A stretch of 64,000 nucleotides of DNA. Origin: Terriglobia bacterium (lineage in GTDB: Bacteria > Acidobacteriota > Terriglobia > 20CM-2-55-15). Positions 48,901 through 56,838 of this stretch are shown one piece after another; the first letter of the stretch is position 1; the number at the start of each line of letters is the position of its first letter. The DNA is taken from contig CBDCLE010000023.1 of NCBI GenBank assembly GCA_965218585.1, positions 6,460 to 70,459 of the forward strand, written 5' to 3'. The translations under genes and the position numbers were made by a program. The notes beneath the pieces were generated by a model. It saw only the letters and a list, made by a program, of their open reading frames with translations, searched no databases and had not been told where the DNA came from.

Positions 48901-49280
48901 CCTACCTGTCGACGTTTCAGATGCTGGGTGGACTGGGCCTGCTGCTTGGAACCGTCGGCCTGGGCGCGGTCCTGTTGCGAAACGTTCTGGAACGACGGCG
49001 GGAACTGGCACTGATGCGTGCGCTCGGTTACCTCGAACGAGACTTTCTCGCGATGTCGATGGCAGAGAACGTGATGTTGCTGACCGTGGGACTGGTGACC
49101 GGCGCGGCATGCGCCTTCCTGGCTACGCTTCCGGTTATCCTGGATCGTGGCGGGCAACTTCCCGGTATGCTTGTCTTCGGACTATTGGGTGGCGTTCTGG
49201 CGGTTGGACTGGTCACCTCCCTGGGGGCGACGATTGCCGTCCTCCAGTCACCTCTGTTGCCGGCTCTAAGAGAGGAGTGA
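45915..49280 (+). CDS. Very large FtsX/MacB-type ABC permease with two permease modules and large extracytoplasmic domains
   Basis: 1121-aa intact ORF. It has two FtsX-like TM bundles (around ..REIGLLRSVGFTPPMVRRLFLIEG.. and ..RELALMRALGYLERDFLAMSMAEN..). Confidence 0.75.
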   Translation: MADGIKQRRLIFEGLAFYWRTNIAVIAGVATAVAVLAGALLVGDSVRGSLRDMVLERIGNTDHIVVSTTFFREALARDLGNHPDFPASFNGVAPIIVTEGLVTTPTGEGRMDRVRVYGIDDRFWRFHGVEEFTGPGGRQALVSPALAEGLGVEAGATILVRVERPSEIPLESLHGNKADLGRTIRATLGSVVPGETLGEFSLEAGQGEVHAVFLPLELVTEDLEIEERVNALLVSTTLADADAATAELERMVRSEAELEDLGLGLRLLGQPQALAIEGSGGLIDDQKVDIALEAGAAMGLEARPIFTYLVNRLGNASTEIPYSLVTATDLTRLVGEELSSVSGLPPIVLTDWAAEDLSVSSGDRLSMEYYVWVEPGQLVTRETDFEVVNVVPIDAGDRDMAPTYPGITDSEALADWNPPFPIDLARIRPVDEEFWNLYRTTPKAFIPLEVGRELWQSRYGSISSIRLAPETETEELAGETLVANYAERLGTLLDPLGFGLAVRSVRSEGLEASRGATNFGEYFVYFSFFLVVSALMLAALFFKLSVEQRGREIGLLRSVGFTPPMVRRLFLIEGLILSSIGALIGVWGGIGYASLLVTGLGTWWVDAVGTTAVTLHVSGLSLAAGVVGGIAAAMACIWVTLRSLSSVSERRLLAGQLSQENAGQRGRTRPARLGAVSLGSLGIALIVGAGMGFVDQAAGFFGAGMAFLAASLCFLALRFGRRREAVLGGQGWWPVSRLGLRNATYRPARSVTAIGMIAAATFILISVDAFRRDTVSNAGPESGLGGYPLLVESLLPMLEDPTSPAGQEFLGLGSIDSAAVSPFRLRPGDDASCLNLYAPTNPRIAAPSDAFIEQGRFAFQDSLASNDAERANPWLLLQRDGPDGTIPVIGDANSMTYVLHRKLGEEILITEGDRTIRLRLVATLDDSIFQGELLMSETHFLEQFPSQEGYRLLLVETEAGSVAQAEESIENALADYGATATPTAERLAQFHQVENTYLSTFQMLGGLGLLLGTVGLGAVLLRNVLERRRELALMRALGYLERDFLAMSMAENVMLLTVGLVTGAACAFLATLPVILDRGGQLPGMLVFGLLGGVLAVGLVTSLGATIAVLQSPLLPALREE

Positions 49281-50322
49281 CTCGAAGCTTGACATGACAA
49301 GAATCAAACGCACAACGAAGTGGATTTTCGTTCTCCTTTCAGGAATGACGCTGGTGGGTGGAGCCCTGTCGGTCACGACGACGTCCCAGGAGTTGGGAAT
49401 CCCCTCCAGCGGACTCGGCGAAAGTTTGGGCGTTCGAATGGTTCCCGTCGAGGGCGAGGGTGCACAGTATTGGTCCCGTTGGCGGGGACCGTCGGGTCAA
49501 GGACAGGTGGAAGGGAGCGGCTATCCCGATACCTGGTCCGCGACCGAAAACGTCCTCTGGAAGACGCCCGTTCCCGGAAGCAGAAATTCGTCTCCCATCG
49601 TGTGGGATGACCTCATTTTCCTGACGACGTCCTACGACCGGGGGGACCGACTGTCCCTTCTGGCGTACCGGCGCTCTGATGGCGAGTTGCTCTGGGAGAG
49701 CTTCGCCCCGGACGGGGTATCGGAACGGCCCCATCAGAAGAACGGCCATGCCTCCGCGACGCCGACGACCGATGGCGAACGCGTCTACGTCTCGTTTGGT
49801 GCCCGCGGGATGGCGGCATTTAGTTTGGACGGTGAACTGCTCTGGAATCAGGATGTGGGGCGGATCAACAACTATCACGGCACGGCCGGTTCACCTCTGG
49901 TTTATAAGGACCGCATCATCATCTTTCAGGATCACTCCGCAGGTTCGTTCGTGGCTGCTTTCGATACGCGAACAGGCCAGGAGTTGTGGCGAACACCCCG
50001 CCAGGCGAGTGTTGGCTGGGGCTCACCGATCGCGGTTCAGGTGGACGACCACGACGAGATCATCGTCCACAGCCAGAGACGGGTGAATGCATACGATCCC
50101 GACACTGGAAGAGAGTTGTGGTACTGCAACGGAAACACCTTCGAGGTGATTCCCACACCTGTCGTCGGCTACGGAATGCTGTTCTGCTCCTCGGGCCGCG
50201 CGGGTCCGACGATGGCTATAAAGCCCGGTGGTACGGGCAACGTCACCGACAGCCACCTGGTGTGGTCGAGTCCCAGAGGATCTCCATTCGTTCCGTCTCC
50301 GATTCTCTATGGCGACCAACTC

Positions 50323-52181
50323 TTGTCCAACGTCAATCAGAATTCCTTCTCGCATTGACTCATTGAAAATGTTACCGAACTGAGGGTTGTTGCCTCATTA
50401 GAAATGTTACCCAACTCTATGAGAACGGAGGTGGGAAGTGAGGACACACATGACTGTTGCGGCAAGGCGAGAATTAGCTCTACGAACGGCGGTTCGCTAC
50501 AAGAATGCGGCGCGACCGGAGAAGAAGCGAATCCTGGATGAGTTCCTTGAATCGACCGGGTTCCATCGGAAGCACGCGACACGGCTTCTGAACGACATTC
50601 TGAGGGGCGAACGGCCCCGACGGCAACCGCGCGGCCGGGTCCGTCGATACGGCCCCGCGGTGCAGGCCGCCCTGATCGCGGCCTGGCGCACAGTCAATGA
50701 TGTCTGTGGCAAACGGCTCGTTCCGTTTCTGCCGGAGCTGATCCCGACCATGGAGCGTCACGGGCATCTGTTATTGTCTGATAAAACGCGGGCGGATCTG
50801 CTTGAGCTGAGCGCCGCCACGGCTGATCGGATCTTCCGTCAATTCCGATTCGATCATCGACCGCACGGCAAGACCACCACCAAGTCCGGACAGTTACTCA
50901 AACACCGCGTTCCGATTCGCACATTCGCCGACTGGGCGGACACGCGGCCGGGATTCATGGAAGCGGACTTGGTTGCACACTGCGGCGGGAACTCGGAAGG
51001 CCCTTTCCTCCACACCCTGGTACTGACCGACGTGGCGACCGGCTGGACCGAATGTCTGGCGTTGCTACGGCGTACGGAGGCGGACATTCTGCAGGCGCTC
51101 ACGACGGCACGGCAGATCCTTCCGTTTCAGCTTGTCGGCCTGGACACGGATAACGGTTCCGAGTTCATGAACTACGGACTCCTCGCCTACTGCGAGCGTG
51201 AAACGATTCAATTCACCCGAGGCCGGGCGCGCCGGAAGAACGACCAGTGCTTCGTCGAACAGAAGAACGGCTCGATCGTCCGCCAATTGGTCGGCTACGA
51301 CCGCTACGAAGGCTCACTGGCATACAGGCAGCTTGCCGAGCTCTACCGAGTGGTCCGGCTCTACGTGAACTTCTTCCAGCCGTCCATGAAGCTCACGACG
51401 AAGACTCGCGATGGATCCCGGGTGACGAAACGCTACGATATCGCGCAAACACCCTATCAACGGCTCTCGAATTCGGATGCGCTCGACCCGGAGGTTCGCG
51501 TTCGCCTTGCTGCGATTTATGAACGTTCGGATCCGGTCGATCTCCTACGACAGCTTGAGAAACTCCAGGATGCATTCTGGAGACATGCGAAGGAACTGGC
51601 CTCTCCCACGCTAACGGACGACATCGTGCGCGCCGCCCTTGTGTCCCCGAACTGCGACGCAGATGCAGACCGAGCCCCGATTGAGGCGGAACTCCCCGAT
51701 CCCGGCTTCGAGCAACGAATCACGCGTCGGTATCGCAAAACACGGAAACAACCTGTGCCCCACATCTGGCGTACTCGCCCGGACCCGTTCGACGGCGTCT
51801 GGGAGGAGATGCGGTCATGGCTTGAATCCGATCCCGGGCGAACATCAAAGTCGCTGTTGCTTGAGCTTCAGCAGCGGCGCCCGGGACGTTACCCCAACGG
51901 TCAGTTACGGACCCTGCAGCGGCGCGTGCGCGAATGGCGGCGTCAGATTCTGGAGACTTTCGATGGCGAGTGGCTCGAACTGGATCGGGTCCGCCCGGCT
52001 TCAGCATCTGCGGGCGACGGGGGCTGTGGAAAAGGCGGTCGCCCCACAGCCTCGACGGCGGGAAGAACTCTCCCGTTTGACCGGTCGTTCGGTAACATTT
52101 TCGATGAGGCAACAACCCTCAGTTCGGTAACATTTTTAAATGAGGCAATACGGCCGGGAGTTTTGATTGTCGCTGATCAAG
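50323..52181 (+). mobile_element. IS element (about 1.86 kb) encoding a DDE (rve-type) transposase
   Basis: Outer imperfect inverted repeats match at 19/25 positions (CTTGTCCAACGTCAATCAGAATTCC against the reverse complement of the right end). The inner inverted repeats (50356-50415 and 52087-52147) share a 33-bp perfect core, AAAATGTTACCGAACTGAGGGTTGTTGCCTCAT. Each end carries two direct copies of TCATT.GAAAATGTTACC. A 2-3 bp CT(C) duplication flanks the element (50320-50322 and 52182-52184). Confidence 0.85.
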
Positions 52182-52279
52182 CTCTACATCGTCAACGACA
52201 TGGCGAGCATCGCGACGTCCTTCGATGCCAGAACCGGAGACAGTCTGTGGCAGGGACGGCTGGGAGTTGTAAGGCGTGA
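50438..52279 (+). CDS. DDE-type integrase/transposase (rve core domain)
   Basis: 613-aa ORF with a GTG start after GGAGGTG (alternative ATG at 50450). Core motifs ADLVAHCGG..., LDTDNGSEF and RKNDQCFVEQKNG. The ORF has no stop inside the IS and runs 98 nt into flanking DNA. Confidence 0.8.
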   Translation: MRTHMTVAARRELALRTAVRYKNAARPEKKRILDEFLESTGFHRKHATRLLNDILRGERPRRQPRGRVRRYGPAVQAALIAAWRTVNDVCGKRLVPFLPELIPTMERHGHLLLSDKTRADLLELSAATADRIFRQFRFDHRPHGKTTTKSGQLLKHRVPIRTFADWADTRPGFMEADLVAHCGGNSEGPFLHTLVLTDVATGWTECLALLRRTEADILQALTTARQILPFQLVGLDTDNGSEFMNYGLLAYCERETIQFTRGRARRKNDQCFVEQKNGSIVRQLVGYDRYEGSLAYRQLAELYRVVRLYVNFFQPSMKLTTKTRDGSRVTKRYDIAQTPYQRLSNSDALDPEVRVRLAAIYERSDPVDLLRQLEKLQDAFWRHAKELASPTLTDDIVRAALVSPNCDADADRAPIEAELPDPGFEQRITRRYRKTRKQPVPHIWRTRPDPFDGVWEEMRSWLESDPGRTSKSLLLELQQRRPGRYPNGQLRTLQRRVREWRRQILETFDGEWLELDRVRPASASAGDGGCGKGGRPTASTAGRTLPFDRSFGNIFDEATTLSSVTFLNEAIRPGVLIVADQALHRQRHGEHRDVLRCQNRRQSVAGTAGSCKA

Positions 52280-52567
52280 GGGTTTTTCCGCATCACCAGT
52301 TGCCGTGGATGGCAAAGTCTTCTTCACCAACGACAACGGTGAAACCTTTGTACTCCGGGCCGGCAGAGAATTCGAGCTGTTGCATGTGAACGATATCGGG
52401 GAACGCACGCTGGCTTCACTGGCGCTCGTCGATGGCCGATGGTATATCCGGACCGGACAGAATCTGATTTCGATCGGCGAGTGAGGTAATCGATCCGCTG
52501 GTTTAATGTTTGTCATAGCAGTTTGACAAGCGTAAACTTTGTGAGTTGAGTTGAGGGAGGACAGTCA

Positions 52568-53197
52568 GTGGTTCAGTCAGAGTCAGTTGTTCCAACCGCA
52601 CAAGGGGAGGCGACCCGGAGCCGGATACTCGATGCAGCAGCGCAGGCCTTTTCAGAACGCGGTTTCAGCGGTGCCACTTTGCGTGATATCGGAGCGGCTG
52701 CGGGTGTTCCATTTCAGTCGATCCGTCACCACTTTGGGTCCAAGGAAGATCTCTAGGAAGCGGTCGTTGAGGAATTGAGCCGACACAGCCAGGAAGGCGC
52801 ACTCCGTAATGAGGAGGTCATCGCATCACTTCCGCCCCGTGAACAACTCCGTGCGCAGATCTTCGCGCTTGTTGCCCGTGTAGCGGAACACCCCCAACTG
52901 TCCCGGATGCTCTTGCGCGAGGCGATGAAGGACAGTGACCGCTATCGAAAGGCCTACGAATTGCATGTCCGCGACCTTACAGTATTAGCGGGCAGGTTCT
53001 TCGGGCGCATGCAAGAGGCCGGTGTCGTCAAGGAAATTCCCATTGAGGATTTCCTGTTCGTCTGGGAGGGTGCCCTACTCCACCGTTTGGTGGCTCCCGC
53101 TGCCAACCAGCTTCGCACCGGAAAACCCATCACGGACCGCGGTGTCATCGAACGCCATGCAAATGCGGTGACACAGTTACTCCTGAAGGACGGGTAA
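52568..53197 (+). pseudogene. TetR-family transcriptional regulator with an in-frame TAG at 52754-52756
   Basis: ORFs 52568-52756 and 52775-53197 are in the same frame. The HTH region reads RSRILDAAAQAFSERGFSGATLRDIGAAAGVPFQSIRHHFGSKEDL-TAG-EAVVEE. The stop replaces one residue of the helix that follows the HTH. Confidence 0.75.
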
Positions 53198-53217
53198 CAG
53201 GACCATCCTGAGGCCAG

Positions 53218-53619
53218 GTGAAACATCTGACACACGGCGTCGCCGTCCTGGTCTCTCTGATGTTCGTGTTCATCGGCAGTGTGAAACTCTTCGGGGTACC
53301 CCAGTCGATGTTCGAATTCCAGCTCGAAAACTACTTCAATGCGTACGGCCTGACCCGAGGGCATATGTTTGCCGTAGGGCTGGCCGAACTGTTTGGAGCC
53401 GTCGCGATCTGGTGGCACCGCACACGGTGGATCGGGCTTGCGGGACCCGCCGTTCTTGTCGTCGTGACCCTCGGGGCCACTTATTACCATCTCCAGTTCG
53501 ACACGGTTCGAGAAGCACGCCCCGCGATAATGATGCTGACCTTGTCTTCGTTCGTTCTGTTGATGTCGTGGTATCTCCACTTTCGCCCTTCAAATGTGTT
53601 GGAGAGAAGCCCGGAGTAA
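53218..53619 (+). CDS. DoxX-family membrane protein
   Basis: 133-aa ORF with a GTG start. It has four hydrophobic segments. The pattern ..LMFVFIGSVKLFG... GLAELFGAVAIWW fits DoxX. Confidence 0.6.
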   Translation: MKHLTHGVAVLVSLMFVFIGSVKLFGVPQSMFEFQLENYFNAYGLTRGHMFAVGLAELFGAVAIWWHRTRWIGLAGPAVLVVVTLGATYYHLQFDTVREARPAIMMLTLSSFVLLMSWYLHFRPSNVLERSPE

Positions 53620-53715
53620 GGCCAGCCGGGCAATCCGCCACCTCGAACGGGCGTTTTTCCCCCCAATACCCCTCCCCTATTGTTAGACTCACCGGAATCT
53701 CAACCTCTACTGTAG

Positions 53716-53734
53716 GTGCGCTCTATGAGCGCAC
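53716..53734. repeat. Palindromic REP-like element, copy 2 (GTGCGCTC-TAT-GAGCGCAC)
   Basis: It is the inverted counterpart of 7888-7906 with matching flanks (CTGTAG). Confidence 0.55.
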
Positions 53735-53774
53735 AGTCAAAAGGACGAAGAGAAGTTCAACAGAAGGAGGCCGC

Positions 53775-55323
53775 ATGCATATCCGGCATCTCTATTTCGC
53801 GATTCTAGTCGTTGTCGTTGCGCTCGGTAGCGCATGCAGTTCTCCGCCTCTTATCATCGAAGGGTTGACGTTGGACCCAAGACCGAGTGAGTCGGTTCCC
53901 CTGGCCGCACAGGTGACCTTTGAAACAAACCGGCCGACAACGGTGGCACTGCTGTTCGACGATGGTGATCGAACCTGGACCTCCGACTTGGGGCTCTCAA
54001 GCCAGACACGCCATGTCGTTCCGGTCCTGGGCATGCGTCCGGGTCGGACACATCAAGTTCGTGTGGTCGTTACCGATCAGGACGGACTCACGGCAACGTC
54101 CGAACTGCTGGCGATCACGACCGATCCTCTCCCCGAACTCTTTCCTCCGATAGACGTTCGCATCAGCGAGCCGGAACGAATGGAGCCGGGTGTGACTGTT
54201 TTCAGCCTTTCCTACAGGCCCGAAGGGGGAGGCGGTGGAAACGTGGGCCTCGCCGTCGCGGTGGACGAGGCCGGAGAAGTAGTCTGGTACTACACCACCG
54301 ACCATGGCGTTCGGGATATCCGGCAGCTCGACAACGGCCATATCCAGTATCTCTCCCGAAATCCCGGTGAGCCCTTATACGAAATCGAGTTTTCACCACG
54401 AAGCCTTCCGGACAGCAACGGGAAACATCCTGACCTCCAGTGCGGATCTGAGAACCTATGACAACTACCCGACCAGCGATTCGGACCCCAATGCACCTCG
54501 AGGTGCCGCCGAATTGATCGGGGACACTCTGATCGAATTCACTCCCGAGGGAGAAATCGTTCGTGAAGTGAAACTACTGGACCTGGTCGATCCCTACCGT
54601 TTTGGATATGGATCGATCGGAGGGGGAGCAGCCCTGGGAAACGTCTTCGGTCCTCGGGGTGAGAATCCCCGTCACGACTGGGCCCATCTCAACGCCGTCA
54701 TTCCAGACGACACCGGACGCTACGCGATTGCATCCCTCAGGCACCAGGACGCTGTAGTGAAGGTCGACATGGAGACAGGTGAACTGGTTTGGATTCTGGG
54801 CAACCACGACGGATGGGGACCCCGATGGCAGGATCTTCTATTAGAGCCCCAGGGCGACCTCCTCTGGAACTACCATCAGCATGCGTCCACGATCACGCCA
54901 AGCGGAACACTCCTCATGTTCGACAACGGCAATTTCCGCGCGTCACCGTACGAGGAACCGATGACGCCGGCAGAGTCCTTCAGCCGAGCGGTTGAATACC
55001 GCATCGACGAAGAGAGCATGCAGGTGACGGAAGTGTGGTCCTCTGGAGATGATGGAGACGAACGCTTCTTCGCTAACTTCCAGGGTGACGCCGACTGGAT
55101 GCCACAGACGGGCAACGTTCTTATTACGTATGGAGGACTGGTCTCAGACGCTGACGGGATCTCTGTGGAAGGCCAAGCCGGTCACAGTTGGGCTCGAATC
55201 GCGGAGGTGACCCATGATACTCCTGCGGAAAAAGTGTTCGAGTTTTTCATAGACGATCAGCGCCCTGAAGGCTGGTCTGTTTATCGCGCTGAACGACTTC
55301 CCAGCCTCTATCCCTCAAGATAG
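53775..55323 (+). pseudogene. Arylsulfotransferase-like lipoprotein, paralog 2, with an internal deletion of about 30 codons plus a frameshift at about 54390
   Basis: ATG at 53775 after GAAGGAGG, with lipobox LGSAC. It is colinear with 3499-5112 up to ..PLYEIE, then resumes one base out of frame at FHHEAFRTATGN. The segment MLGNLVSNWRSDLAAADRIRADSVHVATDT of paralog 1 is absent. Confidence 0.8.
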
Positions 55324-55405
55324 ATTCCACGGTTGAAAATAGTTCGAGGAACTGAAGGAAGGGCGCTGCCGCGGGCCCAAACCAACGGCAGCGATGATTC
55401 GAATA

Positions 55406-56809
55406 TTACCGTTCCAGCAAATCCGCCGGAGTCTGACCCTCGTCGTTTTCGATCGTCATCGAGGCTCCGAAGGCGACGAGTGCATCATAGATGCTCTGAG
55501 CTCCATTCGACGCAGCAAGATGCAGGGGAGTATTCCCGGTTCCCCGATCCACGGTATCGACACGGGCACCCGCCGCAAGCAGCGCCTTTGCCATTTCAAA
55601 TCGGGCAGGCAGATCCCTGAGCGGGCGCCTCCGACCGCCGGGACCCGGGGCCCCACCGCCGAGGACGGCTAACAGCGGCGTGACACCGAGTTCAGTCTGG
55701 ATCGAGGGGTATGCTCCGGCTTCAACAAGCAAGCTTACAGCCTCCGGACTCGCGATGGTGGTCGCCAGATACAGCGGGGTTGCACCAGCGGCGATCCTGG
55801 CCCCGTAACCCCGATGACGCGCAATCCTCTTCGTGTATGTTTGATTCGGATCCGCACCGGCATCCAGAAGCCGCTCCAACGTGATCAGCGCATTTCCCTT
55901 ATCGGTTGTTGCGCCTAGCCTCTGGGCGTAGTTGATCGCATCCACGGCAAGATACAACGCACCGTCATCCAGATTCGCGCCGGATTCGATCATCGAAGCT
56001 ACGAAGTCGGCCTGTTGATTTGCGACCGCCGTCTGCAACGGCGTGTATCCGTATGCCTCCTCCTCAATGGTCATGTCGGCTCCGGCCGCGATCAGTTCAG
56101 CCCCGGCTTCGACATGCCCGGCCCGGGCCGCAAAATGAAGCGCCGTAAAGCTTCCCGCGGTCCTGTCGTTTCTTCCCATACCCGCCAGGGCCCGCCCGAC
56201 GTCCGGATGCTCAAAGTAGCTCGTGACCTGATCGGTATCCGCACCGTTCTCAATCAGCATCTTGACGACCGGTGCATGGCCCTGGGAAGCAGCAAACATC
56301 AGCGCGCTCTGTCCCCATGCGTTTTCGATCGGTCGGACTTCCGTTCCGGCGTCGAGCAACATCTGGACAACTTCGGTGTTCCCCACACGAGCCGCAGCCA
56401 TCAAAGGCGTTTCGCCTGATTCGAAAGCCGGTGCGTTCACATCCGCTCCAGCATCGACGAGCACCTCGACCATCTCCCGATTGCCCAGCGTAATCGCCTC
56501 GTGGAGCGGGCCCACGTTGAAGCGATTCACGAGATTCGGATCTGCACCTGCATCAAGCAACAGCATCGTGGCGTCGATGTCATCGCCGAATGCAGCCCAC
56601 GCCAATGCCGAAGTGGTGTCGCCACCCACCTCATTCGGATCCGCGCCCGTGTCAAGAAGTCGACGGACTTGGTCCAGATCCCCGGACCGGACCGCAGTGA
56701 CCAGTTCCGTGTTGCCGGGGCCGATCGAACTCTGGGCCGACAGCGGAGTCACAACGCCCACGGCTCCGATCATCAAGACCGTCATAAACAGAATCGTGTA
56801 GTTACGCAT
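55406..56809 (-). CDS. Secreted ankyrin-repeat protein (about 12 repeats)
   Basis: 467-aa ORF with a signal peptide. The ANK consensus recurs (G.TPL..AA..G....V..LL..GAD.N). It lies 29 bp downstream of the DUF1552 gene on the same strand. Confidence 0.8.
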   Translation of the reverse strand: MRNYTILFMTVLMIGAVGVVTPLSAQSSIGPGNTELVTAVRSGDLDQVRRLLDTGADPNEVGGDTTSALAWAAFGDDIDATMLLLDAGADPNLVNRFNVGPLHEAITLGNREMVEVLVDAGADVNAPAFESGETPLMAAARVGNTEVVQMLLDAGTEVRPIENAWGQSALMFAASQGHAPVVKMLIENGADTDQVTSYFEHPDVGRALAGMGRNDRTAGSFTALHFAARAGHVEAGAELIAAGADMTIEEEAYGYTPLQTAVANQQADFVASMIESGANLDDGALYLAVDAINYAQRLGATTDKGNALITLERLLDAGADPNQTYTKRIARHRGYGARIAAGATPLYLATTIASPEAVSLLVEAGAYPSIQTELGVTPLLAVLGGGAPGPGGRRRPLRDLPARFEMAKALLAAGARVDTVDRGTGNTPLHLAASNGAQSIYDALVAFGASMTIENDEGQTPADLLER

Positions 56810-56838
56810 GTTTTTCTCCCGACAGCAGTAATCGATTC

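Larger units (their letters stand above)
49294..52484 (+). pseudogene. PQQ-like beta-propeller protein, paralog 6, interrupted by an IS element
   Basis: The 5' part 49294-50322 ends ..SPILYGDQL. The 3' part 52182-52484 starts (L)YIVNDMASIATSFDARTGDSLWQ. Removing 50323-52184 restores one continuous frame of about 444 aa. N-terminal motif YWSRWRGPSGQGQV. Confidence 0.85.

Noticed and set aside
52754-52756. In-frame TAG in the TetR gene as programmed readthrough or recoding
   Set aside because: TAG terminates cofE, npdG and higB normally in this window, and no recoding machinery or signal was seen. A simple nonsense mutation or a base-call error is more parsimonious.
55364-55393. 8-bp-stem hairpin (CGCTGCCG...CGGCAGCG) between the convergent ASST-like pseudogene and the ankyrin gene, considered as a bidirectional terminator
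   Set aside because: It has a 14-nt loop and no flanking T or A tracts, which is too weak to call.
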